NCBI GenBank assembly: GCA_964016885.1
Contig: OZ024746.1
Span: 37,386,001-37,450,000 of the forward strand
Reading direction: 5' to 3'
Origin: Eledone cirrhosa
Lineage: Eukaryota
DNA: 64,000 nt
The notes under the pieces are model-generated. The model was not told the DNA's origin. It ran no database searches and worked only from the letters and a program-made list of their open reading frames with translations. The position numbers and the translations under genes were made by a program. Position 1 is the first letter of the stretch. Each line of letters opens with the position of its first letter. Shown here in pieces: positions 15,140 through 25,762 of the stretch.

Positions 15140-15861
15140 GAGAAGAAAGAATACTGCAGGGTTGCACATGGGATACATATGATAAAAATTAGTCCTTCGT
15201 CAGGGATTTTCCAACCTTCATTGGTATTTCATCGTTTTAAAAATCATATACCTCCGGTTGGTGCGAGCAATAGCTAAATAAAGCTATTGGGGCAAGTAAA
15301 TCGCGTATAGCGAACGAGACAAGTAAACAACAGGGAAGGTAAGCAACTCAAAGTTAGGATAAAACAGGCAGCATGGAAATCCGGTCAGCTGAAGCTGGGT
15401 GGATTTAATGAGCGAGAGGGATATACAGACCGTCCGACGTGAGTGAGATGTGAGCAGGAAGAGAACCCACTACAAGCCAAACGGGAGGATGTGAGAAGGG
15501 GAGAAACAGAGAGTGAGTGAGTGGAAGTGCGAGGAAGAGGTCAGTCGAGAGAAAGTGTAACTGACAGAGGGGGCGAAAGAAGGTGAGAGAAACAGAGAGA
15601 GCGGGGAAGCAGTAAGAGAGAAACAGACAAACGCAGCTGAGGCAAATATATATAAAAAAACATGAGAAGAAAGAATACTGCGTCGTTGCACATGGGTTAC
15701 ATATGATAAAAATAAGTCCTTCGTCAGTGATTTTCCAACCTTCATTGGTAATTCATCGCTTTAAAAATCATATACCTCCGGTTGGTGCGAGCAATAGCTA
15801 AATAAAGCTATTCGGACAAGTAAATCGCGTAAAGCGAGCGAGACAAGTAAACAACAGGGAA
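15133..15861 (-). mobile_element. Partial-tandem (about 1.4-mer, about 520-bp unit) non-coding element in (TA)n
   Basis: 15133-15337 and 15657-15861 are near-identical direct repeats flanking a purine-rich spacer; (TA)n on both sides. CTGACGA on the minus strand in each repeat. Confidence 0.8.
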
Positions 15862-16019
15862 CGATATATATATATATATCGTTTCTGAATTTGTTTAGCA
15901 AGATTCTTTATCTGAAAACGTGTATTGTAACTGATATTGTTATACTTTGGGAGGGTCATGTTGCCAATAAGTAACACACGCACCAAATTTATAAATTTCC
16001 AGATGGTTGTTTATATATT

Positions 16020-16062
16020 GTCAAAGATTTTTCGTCACACATTCTGTGACCTCTTCAGTGAC
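16020..16062 (-). ncRNA. Type I hammerhead ribozyme motif (slightly degenerate)
   Basis: Minus: GTCA-CTGAAGA-g-GTCACA gaatg TGTGAC-GAAA-aatc-TT-TGAC. Lies in an element bounded by (TA)n at about 15880 and 16365. Confidence 0.7.
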
Positions 16063-16387
16063 TGGGGATTCTTTTCTTTGTTTTTTTTGTGCCTCTCCTT
16101 TGTTCTGTCCTGCGCCATCTTGTTTTTGTGTGTGTGTGCTGTGTGCTTAGTTTGTGCATGTGTTCCATCCGGGTGTCTGTGTGTGTTTATATTCGTTTAT
16201 GTATTTGTTTATTTACATGTTATTGGTTGGTTGTTTGTTCTATGTTCGTGTGTGTTTTCATTTTGTCCTTAATTGTAAGATGTGATGTTGCTGTTCCACT
16301 CATGTTTTCTATTTAATTTTGGTTGTAATTCATTTAAGTTTATTGCCTCTGTGATTTGTCTAAATATATATACATATATATATATAT

Positions 16388-17085
16388 GAGAGACGTAAAA
16401 TAAGAAAATTATAAAATTAACTTACTTACTAAAATATCACTTCCAACTAATTAGTTTCTGAAATGGAATAAATATGCTTTACGAAGAAAACACAGAGAAT
16501 CATTTCGTCGTCAGGGAAGACTATTCTCAGCTAAGTATCCAGGCAAAGCGTGGACTCTGGAAACTTATTCAAAAATAATTCAGTGAATAGAAAATAGCAA
16601 AGCATGGACTGAATTCATAGCCATTGAGAAAATCACTGCCTCTGCGTCGGTGGCAAATTCAAAAAGAATCAATCACGTGACATCGAGGTCAATCAGTGGA
16701 AAGCGGTTTGCTAATAAGACAGCGGCCTGCCTGCTACCATAGCAGCAGTATTGGCCAATATTGCTCGACAAATAATTTGGAGATAATTATAAAGAATTAA
16801 TATCTAGTAACATATATATACATACAGATGCATATCAATGCTAGCAAATATATAGGTTTTGTCTTAGTAACTTTGTGGTTCAATGCATGGGGTTGCAGAA
16901 CAATAATATGAAAGACGTAAAATAAGAAAATTATAAAATTAACTTACTTACTAAAATATCACTTCCAACTAATTAGTTTCTGAAATGGAATAAATATGCT
17001 TTCCGAAGAAAACATAGAGAATCATTATATATTTGCTAGCATTGATATGCATCTGTATGTATATATATGTTACTAGATATTAATT

Positions 17086-17090
<5 letters not shown>
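16388..17090 (-). mobile_element. Hammerhead-bearing element: about 520-bp unit, partial direct copy, then inverted segment, in (TA)n
   Basis: 16388-16505 is repeated at about 16908-17026; 17027-17090 is the reverse complement of about 16790-16852. Confidence 0.85.
16440..16519 (-). ncRNA. Type I hammerhead ribozyme with palindromic stem III
   Basis: Minus: CTTCC-CTGACGA-cGAAATG...CATTTCa-GAAA-CTAATTAG-TT-GGAAG. Stem III ACTAATTAGT is palindromic; GUU cleavage triplet. Confidence 0.82.
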
Positions 17091-17175
<85 letters not shown>

Positions 17176-17182
17176 ATATATA

Positions 17183-17349
<167 letters not shown>

Positions 17350-18068
17350 ATATAATTAGTTTTGTTGTATGGTCAACATCGTTTGTGTAGTTGGTTGTCC
17401 GAGTACGGAGTTAATTATTATAAAATAACAGGAGGCTGGACTGGTGTAATTCCTGAAAAGTTTTATTATACTATGATCATTTCAATGACCGGGTTCAGTA
17501 TGAATCCGGGAACATCATCATGTATTCGAAATATAATAAAGGAATATCATAGGCAAAACACATGGGGCTGAAAATCAGAGATATGAGGGCAACCGAATAT
17601 TTAGCAGCTTCTATCCCAGTCGGCTGCCCCAAGTGGTGATTATTAAGCCTACTTATGTCCATCTGGTGGAGGGACGTAGGCTTATATTGTACTACTACCA
17701 CGCCGTCAAAGACAGAGGCCAGCATTGAGGTCAGGTCACAATCAAGCTGGTCATGCGTGCTAGAAAGTGCCGCGAAAAATATCAAAGAACATATATCTTT
17801 AACAAATCTGTATATACTAATATATAGTGGACGTCTGCATGGTATCATGTATGGACAGAAATTACGATTAACAATTAGAAACGTTAAATTTATGTTTAGA
17901 GTTAGATGCCATTTAAGATGAAATTAGGAAAATAAAGTTTAGGTTTGAAGTTGTGAGATTTAGTTAAATAATTTACAGAAGGAGGCTTTTATGAAAAAGT
18001 TTAATTGTATTATAGATAGTCACGATATAGTTTCAGGGTAGAATATAGAGTAAAGATTAATCCCATGT

Positions 18069-18500
18069 TTAGCGGTCAATAACCAGTGACGGAGCGGACC
18101 CCCGACCAGCCCGGTGCCCAACGGCGTGCCGGCCGTTCCGAATATTATCCTCTAACGAAAGCAATGGAAATTTATTTTCCCGAGCACTCCAGGAATGTTA
18201 ACTGTCTTAAGCGTTGGGTGTGCTAGGGGGGAACTCCGCCACCGTGGGCCGGTCATCGTATATACCGAATGATTACTTGTTATTCACACTGGTGGGGGAT
18301 TTAGTTAAGTGTTAGTGGAAGGAGGCAAGATAAAGTTAAAAGGTATGATTAAGCCTAGAATTTAAAGGTAATGTTGGCGGTCAATAACCGGTGTCGCAGC
18401 GGATTCCAGGCGAAGTAACCGTTCCGAGTATTTTCGTTTACCGAAAGAAAGGGAAATGTATTTTTCCAAGTACTCAAGGAAGGCTGATCGACTCGAGCGC
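18069..18500. repeat. Pair of diverged GC-rich direct repeats
   Basis: gcggtcaataacc.gtg.cg.agcgga...ccgttccga.tatt...cgaaag.aa.ggaaat.tatttt.cc.ag.actc.agga occurs at about 18072 and about 18377. Confidence 0.7.
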
Positions 18501-18521
18501 CTATATATATATATATATATT

Positions 18522-18692
18522 TATAAAAATAACAGATTAAAGTTTAAGCAAATAATCCAATGGATTCTTTGCTTAAACTTTAATCTGTTACTTTAATAAA
18601 TATTTGCTGTACGGTTCTTATATATCTGACATATATTTATCCTTATCAAACCCTCTTTGGATTTTAGTCTTCAAATTTATTATTATTACTAT
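18522..18692 (+). mobile_element. Family B foldback element (hairpin plus tail)
   Basis: taacagattaaagtttaagcaaa...tttgcttaaactttaatctgtta forms a hairpin. The tail matches 56400-56509 and the reverse complements at 31172-31272 and 56752-56801. Confidence 0.8.
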
Positions 18693-18727
18693 TATTATTA
18701 TTATTATTATTGTTATTATTATTATAA

Positions 18728-18912
18728 GGGCGGTGGATTGGCAGTATCGGTAAAGGTTCGGACGCCATGCTTTCCAGCATAGTTACGTCCCTTTACGATC
18801 TGAGTTCAAATTCCGCCGAGGTTGACTTTGCCTTTCATCCTTACGGGGTCGATAAAATAAAGTACCAGTAATGCAATGGGTGATTGCTGGCCTTGTGCCT
18901 AAAGTAGAAACA

Positions 18913-18950
<38 letters not shown>
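18728..18950 (+). mobile_element. Full-length tRNA-derived SINE with (ATT)n tail
   Basis: A-box-like TGGCAGTATCGG, B-box GAGTTCAAATTCC, central gcctttcatccttacggggtcgataaaataaagtaccag domain and (ATT)n tail; many copies in the window. Confidence 0.92.
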
Positions 18951-19002
<52 letters not shown>

Positions 19003-19072
19003 ATGTATATATATATATATATATATGTGTGTGTATGTGTGTGTGTGTGGGGGGGGGGGGGATGTATATATG

Positions 19073-19109
<37 letters not shown>

Positions 19110-19113
<4 letters not shown>

Positions 19114-19994
19114 GTGTGTCAGAAAAGTTCCAGGACTGATGTCACAAAAGATTTATTTCAAACCCAAACTTCACACTAAGAGTTTTCCCTTCAAAGTAAT
19201 CTCCCTGAAGTATGTAACTGTAATCTTATCTTTCTGCACCGATGAATCTTTTTTCTTCATAATTTTATATACATGCCCTCAGTTTCAGGCCGTCAAGCAA
19301 TGAGCACAGAGCAACGAACAAACTTGAAAACTCCGTCAGAAGCACTGGGATTGCTGCATCAAGTGTATGGAGATGAGACGATGTGACGCTCACGTGTTTT
19401 TGAGTGGTGCAAGAGGTTTAAAAAGGACGTGGAAGATGACCCCAGGAGCGGAAGCCCTCGACAACCAGGACTGAGGTCAACGTTGAGCGCGTCAGGCAGA
19501 TGGTGCGTAGCGATCGTCGGCTGACTGTTCGACTGATGGCAAATGAGTTGGGCATGAATCGGGACAGCGTCTGGAATATTCACACTGAAGATTTGAACAT
19601 GCGGAAAGTCTGCGCGAAGATATTGGCAAAACTGTTGAACGATGACCAGGAGGTACGACGCATGCAAGTGTGCCAGGACATCCTCGAGCGTCTTGAAACC
19701 GAACCAGACTTGCTAGGGACAGTCATCACCGGTGTTAAGTCATGGATCTTCGAGTACGACCCAGAGGGGACCAGTTTTGAAGACGTGGATGACATCAAAA
19801 AGGCCGTGACGACAGAACTGCGGAGGATCCAATAAGAATCCTTCCAGGAGTGCTGGCAAGCGTGGCAGAAAAGGATGGAAAATTGCATTAGACTCCAGGG
19901 GGGTTACTTTGAAGGAGAAAACTCTTAGTGTGAAATATGGGTTTAAAATAAATCTTTTGTGACATTAGTCCTGGAACTTTACTGACCCACGTCG
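19110..19994 (+). mobile_element. mariner transposon, internally deleted, about 55-bp TIRs, inserted in (TA)n
   Basis: TIR gtcag.aaagttccaggact.atgtcacaaaagatttattt.aaaccca at both ends. Transposase remnant VYGDETM*RSRVFEWCKRF...DRRLTVR...RKVCAK...ITGVKSWIFEYDPE|GTSFEDVDDIK...QGGYFEG. Confidence 0.95.
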
Positions 19995-20354
19995 TATATA
20001 TGTATTTAATTCCATAATAATGAATAAAGTATAATTATTCAATTCTCAAAGGTTTCAGCAGACTAGACGATCCTTACAGAAGCGTGCAGTTCGTTTATCA
20101 GATAGTGTAGTTACACATACACATTGTCATATTGTAGTACGAAATGATGAGTTCCAGACAGCCAACATTAGTAGAAATGCATGTATATATATCATTTAAA
20201 TCGTTGCTATTAGTAGTACGTTTAATAATCTGTCAGTTTCGCAGACATTGATTGAATAGACGTGGACTTTCCATTATCAGACATCGTATGTCCACTTGCT
20301 CACAGTTGACTACTAGAGTGGTGATCTGTTTTGTGAAATCTCACACATTCATTC

Positions 20355-20537
20355 TAATAATTGCTTCTACATTTGGCACAAGGCCAGCAATTTCCCAGTA
20401 CATTACTGGTACTTTATTTTATCGACCCCGTAAGGATGAAAGGCAAAGTTGACCTCGGTGCGATTTAGACTCAGTTCACAAAGGGCCGTAACTATTCCTC
20501 AGAGCATGACGTCCGACCATATATCGATACTGCCAAA
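20355..20537 (-). mobile_element. tRNA-derived SINE
   Basis: Reverse complement of the 18728 family. Confidence 0.9.
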
Positions 20538-20609
20538 ATGGAGATTATGTAGTTTAGCTTTTCCAAAGATGTCTATGACATCGGTGTCTTGAATGGATGG
20601 GTGTACTAC

Positions 20610-20684
<75 letters not shown>

Positions 20685-20702
20685 AAGAGAGAGAGAGAGA
20701 GA

Positions 20703-20870
20703 TGAAATCGAAAATGCAACTGGAGTCTTATTTTTAAATAAATATATATATATTTTTTTTAAATAAGACTCCAGTTGCATCTTCGATTTAATCTTTTTTT
20801 CTTTATACTCTCACTCGTGTAGGATACCTCGGTTATTTTTCATTTTGTAAACAAAAATCTCACTTTCTAA
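20703..20870 (+). mobile_element. Family C foldback (hairpin plus tail)
   Basis: gaaatcgaaaatgcaactggagtcttattt...aaataagactccagttgcatcttcgattt hairpin; tail matches 31090-31157. Confidence 0.82.
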
Positions 20871-20884
20871 TATATATATATATA

Positions 20885-21230
<346 letters not shown>

Positions 21231-21231
21231 A

Positions 21232-21553
21232 CTATAAAGTATGTCGATCGAATCATTTGATAACATATATATACACCATTTCCTCTCCCAATTAGCATAA
21301 TTAACCACACAAAATATCAATTAGACCTGGCTATAATATTAAAAGGCACTTATGAAGAAATAGTAGATACATAAACGACAGCAATCTCCTCGCGACCAAT
21401 CGCCATAGAATATTTACCCAACATTTGAACAGCACGTGGAAATCGATTAAATATATCATAAACCATACACAATTAGGTATAAAATGAAAATTTGAAGAAA
21501 AAATGCATATACAAATGACATCTGTATCTTGAATGGATGAGTGTACTACCTTT
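21232..21553 (+). mobile_element. Family D short element between (TA)n tracts
   Basis: Its end atgacatc.gt.tcttgaatggatg.gtgtactaccttta recurs at 20575-20614; both abut (TA)n. Confidence 0.6.
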
Positions 21554-21569
21554 ATATATATATATATAT

Positions 21570-21630
<61 letters not shown>

Positions 21631-21634
<4 letters not shown>

Positions 21635-21720
21635 TACTCCAGAAACTGTTGAGTGCTTTTATATCAGTTATAAAATTATTTACTCGTTGTAACCCAACAA
21701 TCTTAAATAAAACTTTTGCA
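21631..21720 (+). mobile_element. Family A orphan tail flanked by (TA)n
   Basis: aacctactccagaaactgt...aaaacttttgca is nearly identical to 3419-3508. Confidence 0.85.
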
Positions 21721-21748
21721 TATATATATACATATATATATGTATATA

Positions 21749-21868
<120 letters not shown>

Positions 21869-21989
21869 TATATGCAAAAGTTCTATTTAAAATCGTTGGG
21901 ATACAACAAGTAAATATTTTATAACTGATATAAAGCACTCGACACGTTTTTGGAGTAGATATACGATATTAATAAATGGAAACTATATT

Positions 21990-22053
21990 TATTTCATTAT
22001 ACATATTTCAGGGATACCAAATTAAAATATGTATGCCTTCATCAGACAAAATA
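21990..22053 (-). ncRNA. Hammerhead ribozyme motif, family A
   Basis: Reverse complement of the 22345 motif. Confidence 0.7.
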
Positions 22054-22344
22054 CAATATATAAACAGTTTTATAAATAATTTTGACGTACCCTATTAAAT
22101 GCAACCATTATTTTTGGAAGCTGTCTGGATAGTGACATGTTTATATTATTTTATTAGTTATAGTGTTAAGGAGAGAGAAAGAAGGAGAGAGAGAAAAAGA
22201 AAACCTCTCTCTCCTTCTTTCTCTCTCCTTAACACTATAACTAATAAAATAATATAAACATTTCACTATCCAGACAGCTTCCAAAAATAATCGTTACATT
22301 TAATAGGGTACGTCAAAATTATTTATAAAACTGTTTATATATTG

Positions 22345-22409
22345 TATTTTGTCTGATGAAGGCATACCATATTTTAATTTGGTATCCCTGAAATATGTAT
22401 AATGAAATA
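22345..22409 (+). ncRNA. Hammerhead ribozyme motif, family A
   Basis: tattTTG t CTGATGA-AGGcATACCA...TGGTATcCCT-GAAA-TAT-GTA-TAA tga aata. Confidence 0.72.
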
Positions 22410-22448
22410 AATATGGTTTTATAAATATAGTTTCCATTTATTAAAATC

Positions 22449-22537
<89 letters not shown>

Positions 22538-22539
<2 letters not shown>

Positions 22540-22763
22540 AAATATAAGCTTTCACCGTATTTTTAACTGAAGACATTTTTAGCCTGATAGTGGGGTTTAG
22601 AACCCTCAGAGAAATGGAAAGTAAGTCAATACTCATATTTTTCCATTTGCCTGACGGTTCTAAACCCCACTATCAGGCTAAAGAATGATTTAGTCAAAAA
22701 TACGGTGAAAGCTTATATTTCAAATGTTAAACTCACTCACTGTTTCAAAAAAACATAATAACA
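22538..22763 (+). mobile_element. Family E foldback element with partial hammerhead core
   Basis: CTGAAGA-CATTTTT...AGAAATG-GAAA at about 22567-22620. The 3' part is interrupted by the fold-back, so stem I is not recoverable. Confidence 0.75.
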
Positions 22764-23541
22764 TATATATATATATATATTATTTCTGAAGACAGCATAT
22801 ATATGTGTAGGTATGTATATTTCCTCTGATAGTTTGAAAAAGTTTACATAGATCTATATGATATACATACGAACACACACATATATATCCTAGAAACGAC
22901 CGTAAAGTGATGAATTTGTTTTAATATAAGGAACTGTTTCTTTGTTTTTATTCATTGTTGTTATAAATTTATCTTGACTCTGTTTTCCTGTGATTTTCAT
23001 CGAAAACATGTTTTGAATACATCTCTTATCATGATATTTGGATTACATTGAGTTCTTCATACGGATTGGACGCTACCGTATATTTTGTTAGATTTATCTA
23101 CATATATATATATATGTATATATATACATAATTAGTTAAAAAATGACATATAGAGATAGCTAAAGTTCAGTTGTTTACCCAAAATGATTCTGTCGGTAAT
23201 AAAAAAATATATATTTTATCCGTGAAGACATTACAATGTATACGAGTGTTCTAAGGGCAGGAAGTCCGTAAATTGTCCTATAGTTAGCGAAACTCTTTAC
23301 ATATTCTCACTGATAACGAAGGTAAATACAACAAAACGCAATGTTATGCAAATTGTAACTCAGAAGAAATCATCTGGAAAGAGAGAGAGAGAGGGGGGGG
23401 GGTATATGTCCCTTTTGATCACGAATGACCATCGGATTGAACATCACCAATTTTGGTAATCGAATTCACAACCTCACAATTGCGAAACCAACTCTCTACG
23501 CGCATTCACCTACATATAGATAGATATACATGAATAAACAC

Positions 23542-23611
<70 letters not shown>

Positions 23612-23620
23612 CTATATATG

Positions 23621-23655
<35 letters not shown>

Positions 23656-25385
23656 ATGGGTACGTCTGTGGATATGTATGTGCGTGTAGTATGTGTATGT
23701 TTTTGTGCATGTGCGTGTCGTTATTTCTTTATTTACCTATATGTATGCGTGTTAATTTCCTGGAGAGTCAGTCCATCGTTTATTTATTTGTAGTCATATA
23801 ATAACTGTCGTACTGACAATGTATAGGAAATCGATGTCTGCTTCGTGAATTCGTTTTAGAAAAAAAATATTAGTGTTGTAAATGATTTACAACTCATCTT
23901 TTACGTACATCCGTTTAAATATCAAGAAGACGAGACGAATATATTAGACAAGTATGCCACTAGTACTGACTTGCCTATAATTTATGCATTCATAGAAATT
24001 CTACGAAGTTGTTATTTACATAAATTTCAAACAACCCATGAATTGGGCGCATAATTTAAAATCCTCACGCCATTCTACGCTTTCGGATTTTTCGTTTGTT
24101 AATCTATATGGAAAAAAATACCTCATATTCAAGTGACAAGTCACACTGCTTCAGTGACGTACTTGTACTTGTAGCAATGAAATGTACCATCTTTAAAAAA
24201 CCACTTTGAAGATGCGTTCCACCGATTACGTATGAATGTTTCTCTATACGCATAAGAGGTGATCATTATCTATATATAATTAAGAGACACGTATTTGTAT
24301 TTAAGTGTGCATATCAAATCACCATCATTGTTTTCAAACCCATATACATAAATCCTGCATGGACAATTTAGTTACGTAAACTGTTACCTCATAGGCAGAA
24401 CCATAAAGAAAAATGTGTAGCTTCTAAAATTTTACTTAATGTTCATCATGTATATAGGAGTTGAAACTGGACTAGGAAGATTCCGACTTTATAAAATATT
24501 AAGATAAAGAGTTTGGTAATAACAATTGGGTAATAACATGATGCTTAACTGTTTTTGATCTCGTACAGGCACTATATTCCATGACGTTGTTATCAACAAT
24601 AAATAAATTATTCATCACGTAGAGGCAACAGTTATTAACCCTCACGTTTCTCCTTTTGTAGTGGGCAGTCAATGTAAATGTCCAACCTTTTCACATTGTA
24701 TCATATTTGGCCTGAGATTTGCGTGAATCGGGAACGTTTGTGTCGATTATCCATCAACGTCCACTAAAGTGTTACTTCAAGGAATTAATTTTATCGAATG
24801 AATGAGTGTTACGCCGAGACTGCCAACCCATATCTATAGCGACGAATTGTGTATACTGACGGAAAAAATAAGGTTGCAAATTCAATGGTGTAAATAGGGT
24901 TCCTCTGAAGGGTTTTTGAAATAACATTATTCAATAGAGCCGTAGCTCTAAGATCAGAAATCTCTGTAAGTCGAGCCGCTACTTCTACGAATTGAGAGAT
25001 CACAAATCTTATAGAACGAACATGTGATCAGAATGTCCACAGAAACAATCGCTGGAGAAATGTTGCAAGCAGAATTGACCATCAGTAGACCCACAGTTAT
25101 ACTTTTACTAATATGTTTTGGGGGGATCCAACTGGATGAATTGGAGACAGTTTATTCTGCCAAGACCCAGCGGAGAGCCTGCTTGATTACTCTGCCCTTG
25201 CAATCCAACCAGGAATAGAAGAACGAAGAAGAAGAAGAAGAAGAAGAAGAAGAAGAAGAAGAATTAATCTGTAATTAATGGCAAATATAGTATATACATG
25301 TTCAACAAAGTGTATAACAACTCGAATGTGTTATTTTTTTTATATTTTTGCTGAAAGAATATAGACAAATATTATGGGAATATAA

Positions 25386-25762
25386 ATAATTGGTACTACT
25401 TTAGGCACAAGGCCAGCAAATACCCAGTGCATTACTGGTACTTTATTTTATCGACCCCGTAAGGATGAAAGGCAAAGTCAACCTCGGCGGGATTTGAACA
25501 CAGATCGTAAAGGGACGTAACTGTGCTGGAAAGCATGGCGTCCGAACCTCTACCGATACTGCCAATCCACCAATTACTTAAATAATTGTTTCTACTTTAG
25601 GCACAAGGCCAGCAATTACCCAGTGCATTACTGGTACGTTATTTTATCGACCCCTTAAGGATGAAAGGCAAAGTCAACCTCGGCGGGATTTGAACTCAGA
25701 TCGTAAAGGGACGTAACTATGCTGGAAAGCATGGCGTCCGAGCCTCTACTGATACTGCCAAT
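25386..25762 (-). mobile_element. Two head-to-tail tRNA-derived SINEs
   Basis: 25386-25571 and 25582-25762 are each the reverse complement of the 18728 family and near-identical to each other. Confidence 0.92.

Larger units (their letters stand above)
21873..22450. mobile_element. Family A foldback palindrome (centre about 22201)
   Basis: 21962-22200 is the reverse complement of 22201-22450; the left arm has an extra about 90-bp tail (21873-21960). Confidence 0.92.

Noticed and set aside
15133-17090. CRISPR-like or LTR-retrotransposon interpretation of the direct repeats
   Set aside because: No regular repeat-spacer array, and no TG..CA ends, PBS/PPT or gag/pol; eukaryotic context
18728-18820. 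tRNA gene
   Set aside because: A and B boxes are present but there is no cloverleaf, and the sequence continues into a multi-copy SINE body
20045-20090. Minus-strand CTGTAAG...GAAAC hammerhead-like relic
   Set aside because: Core and stem II are too degenerate
24850-25150. Possible old mariner relics here and at about 31420-31690
   Set aside because: Only vague similarity (AELTISRPTV); no diagnostic motif or TIR
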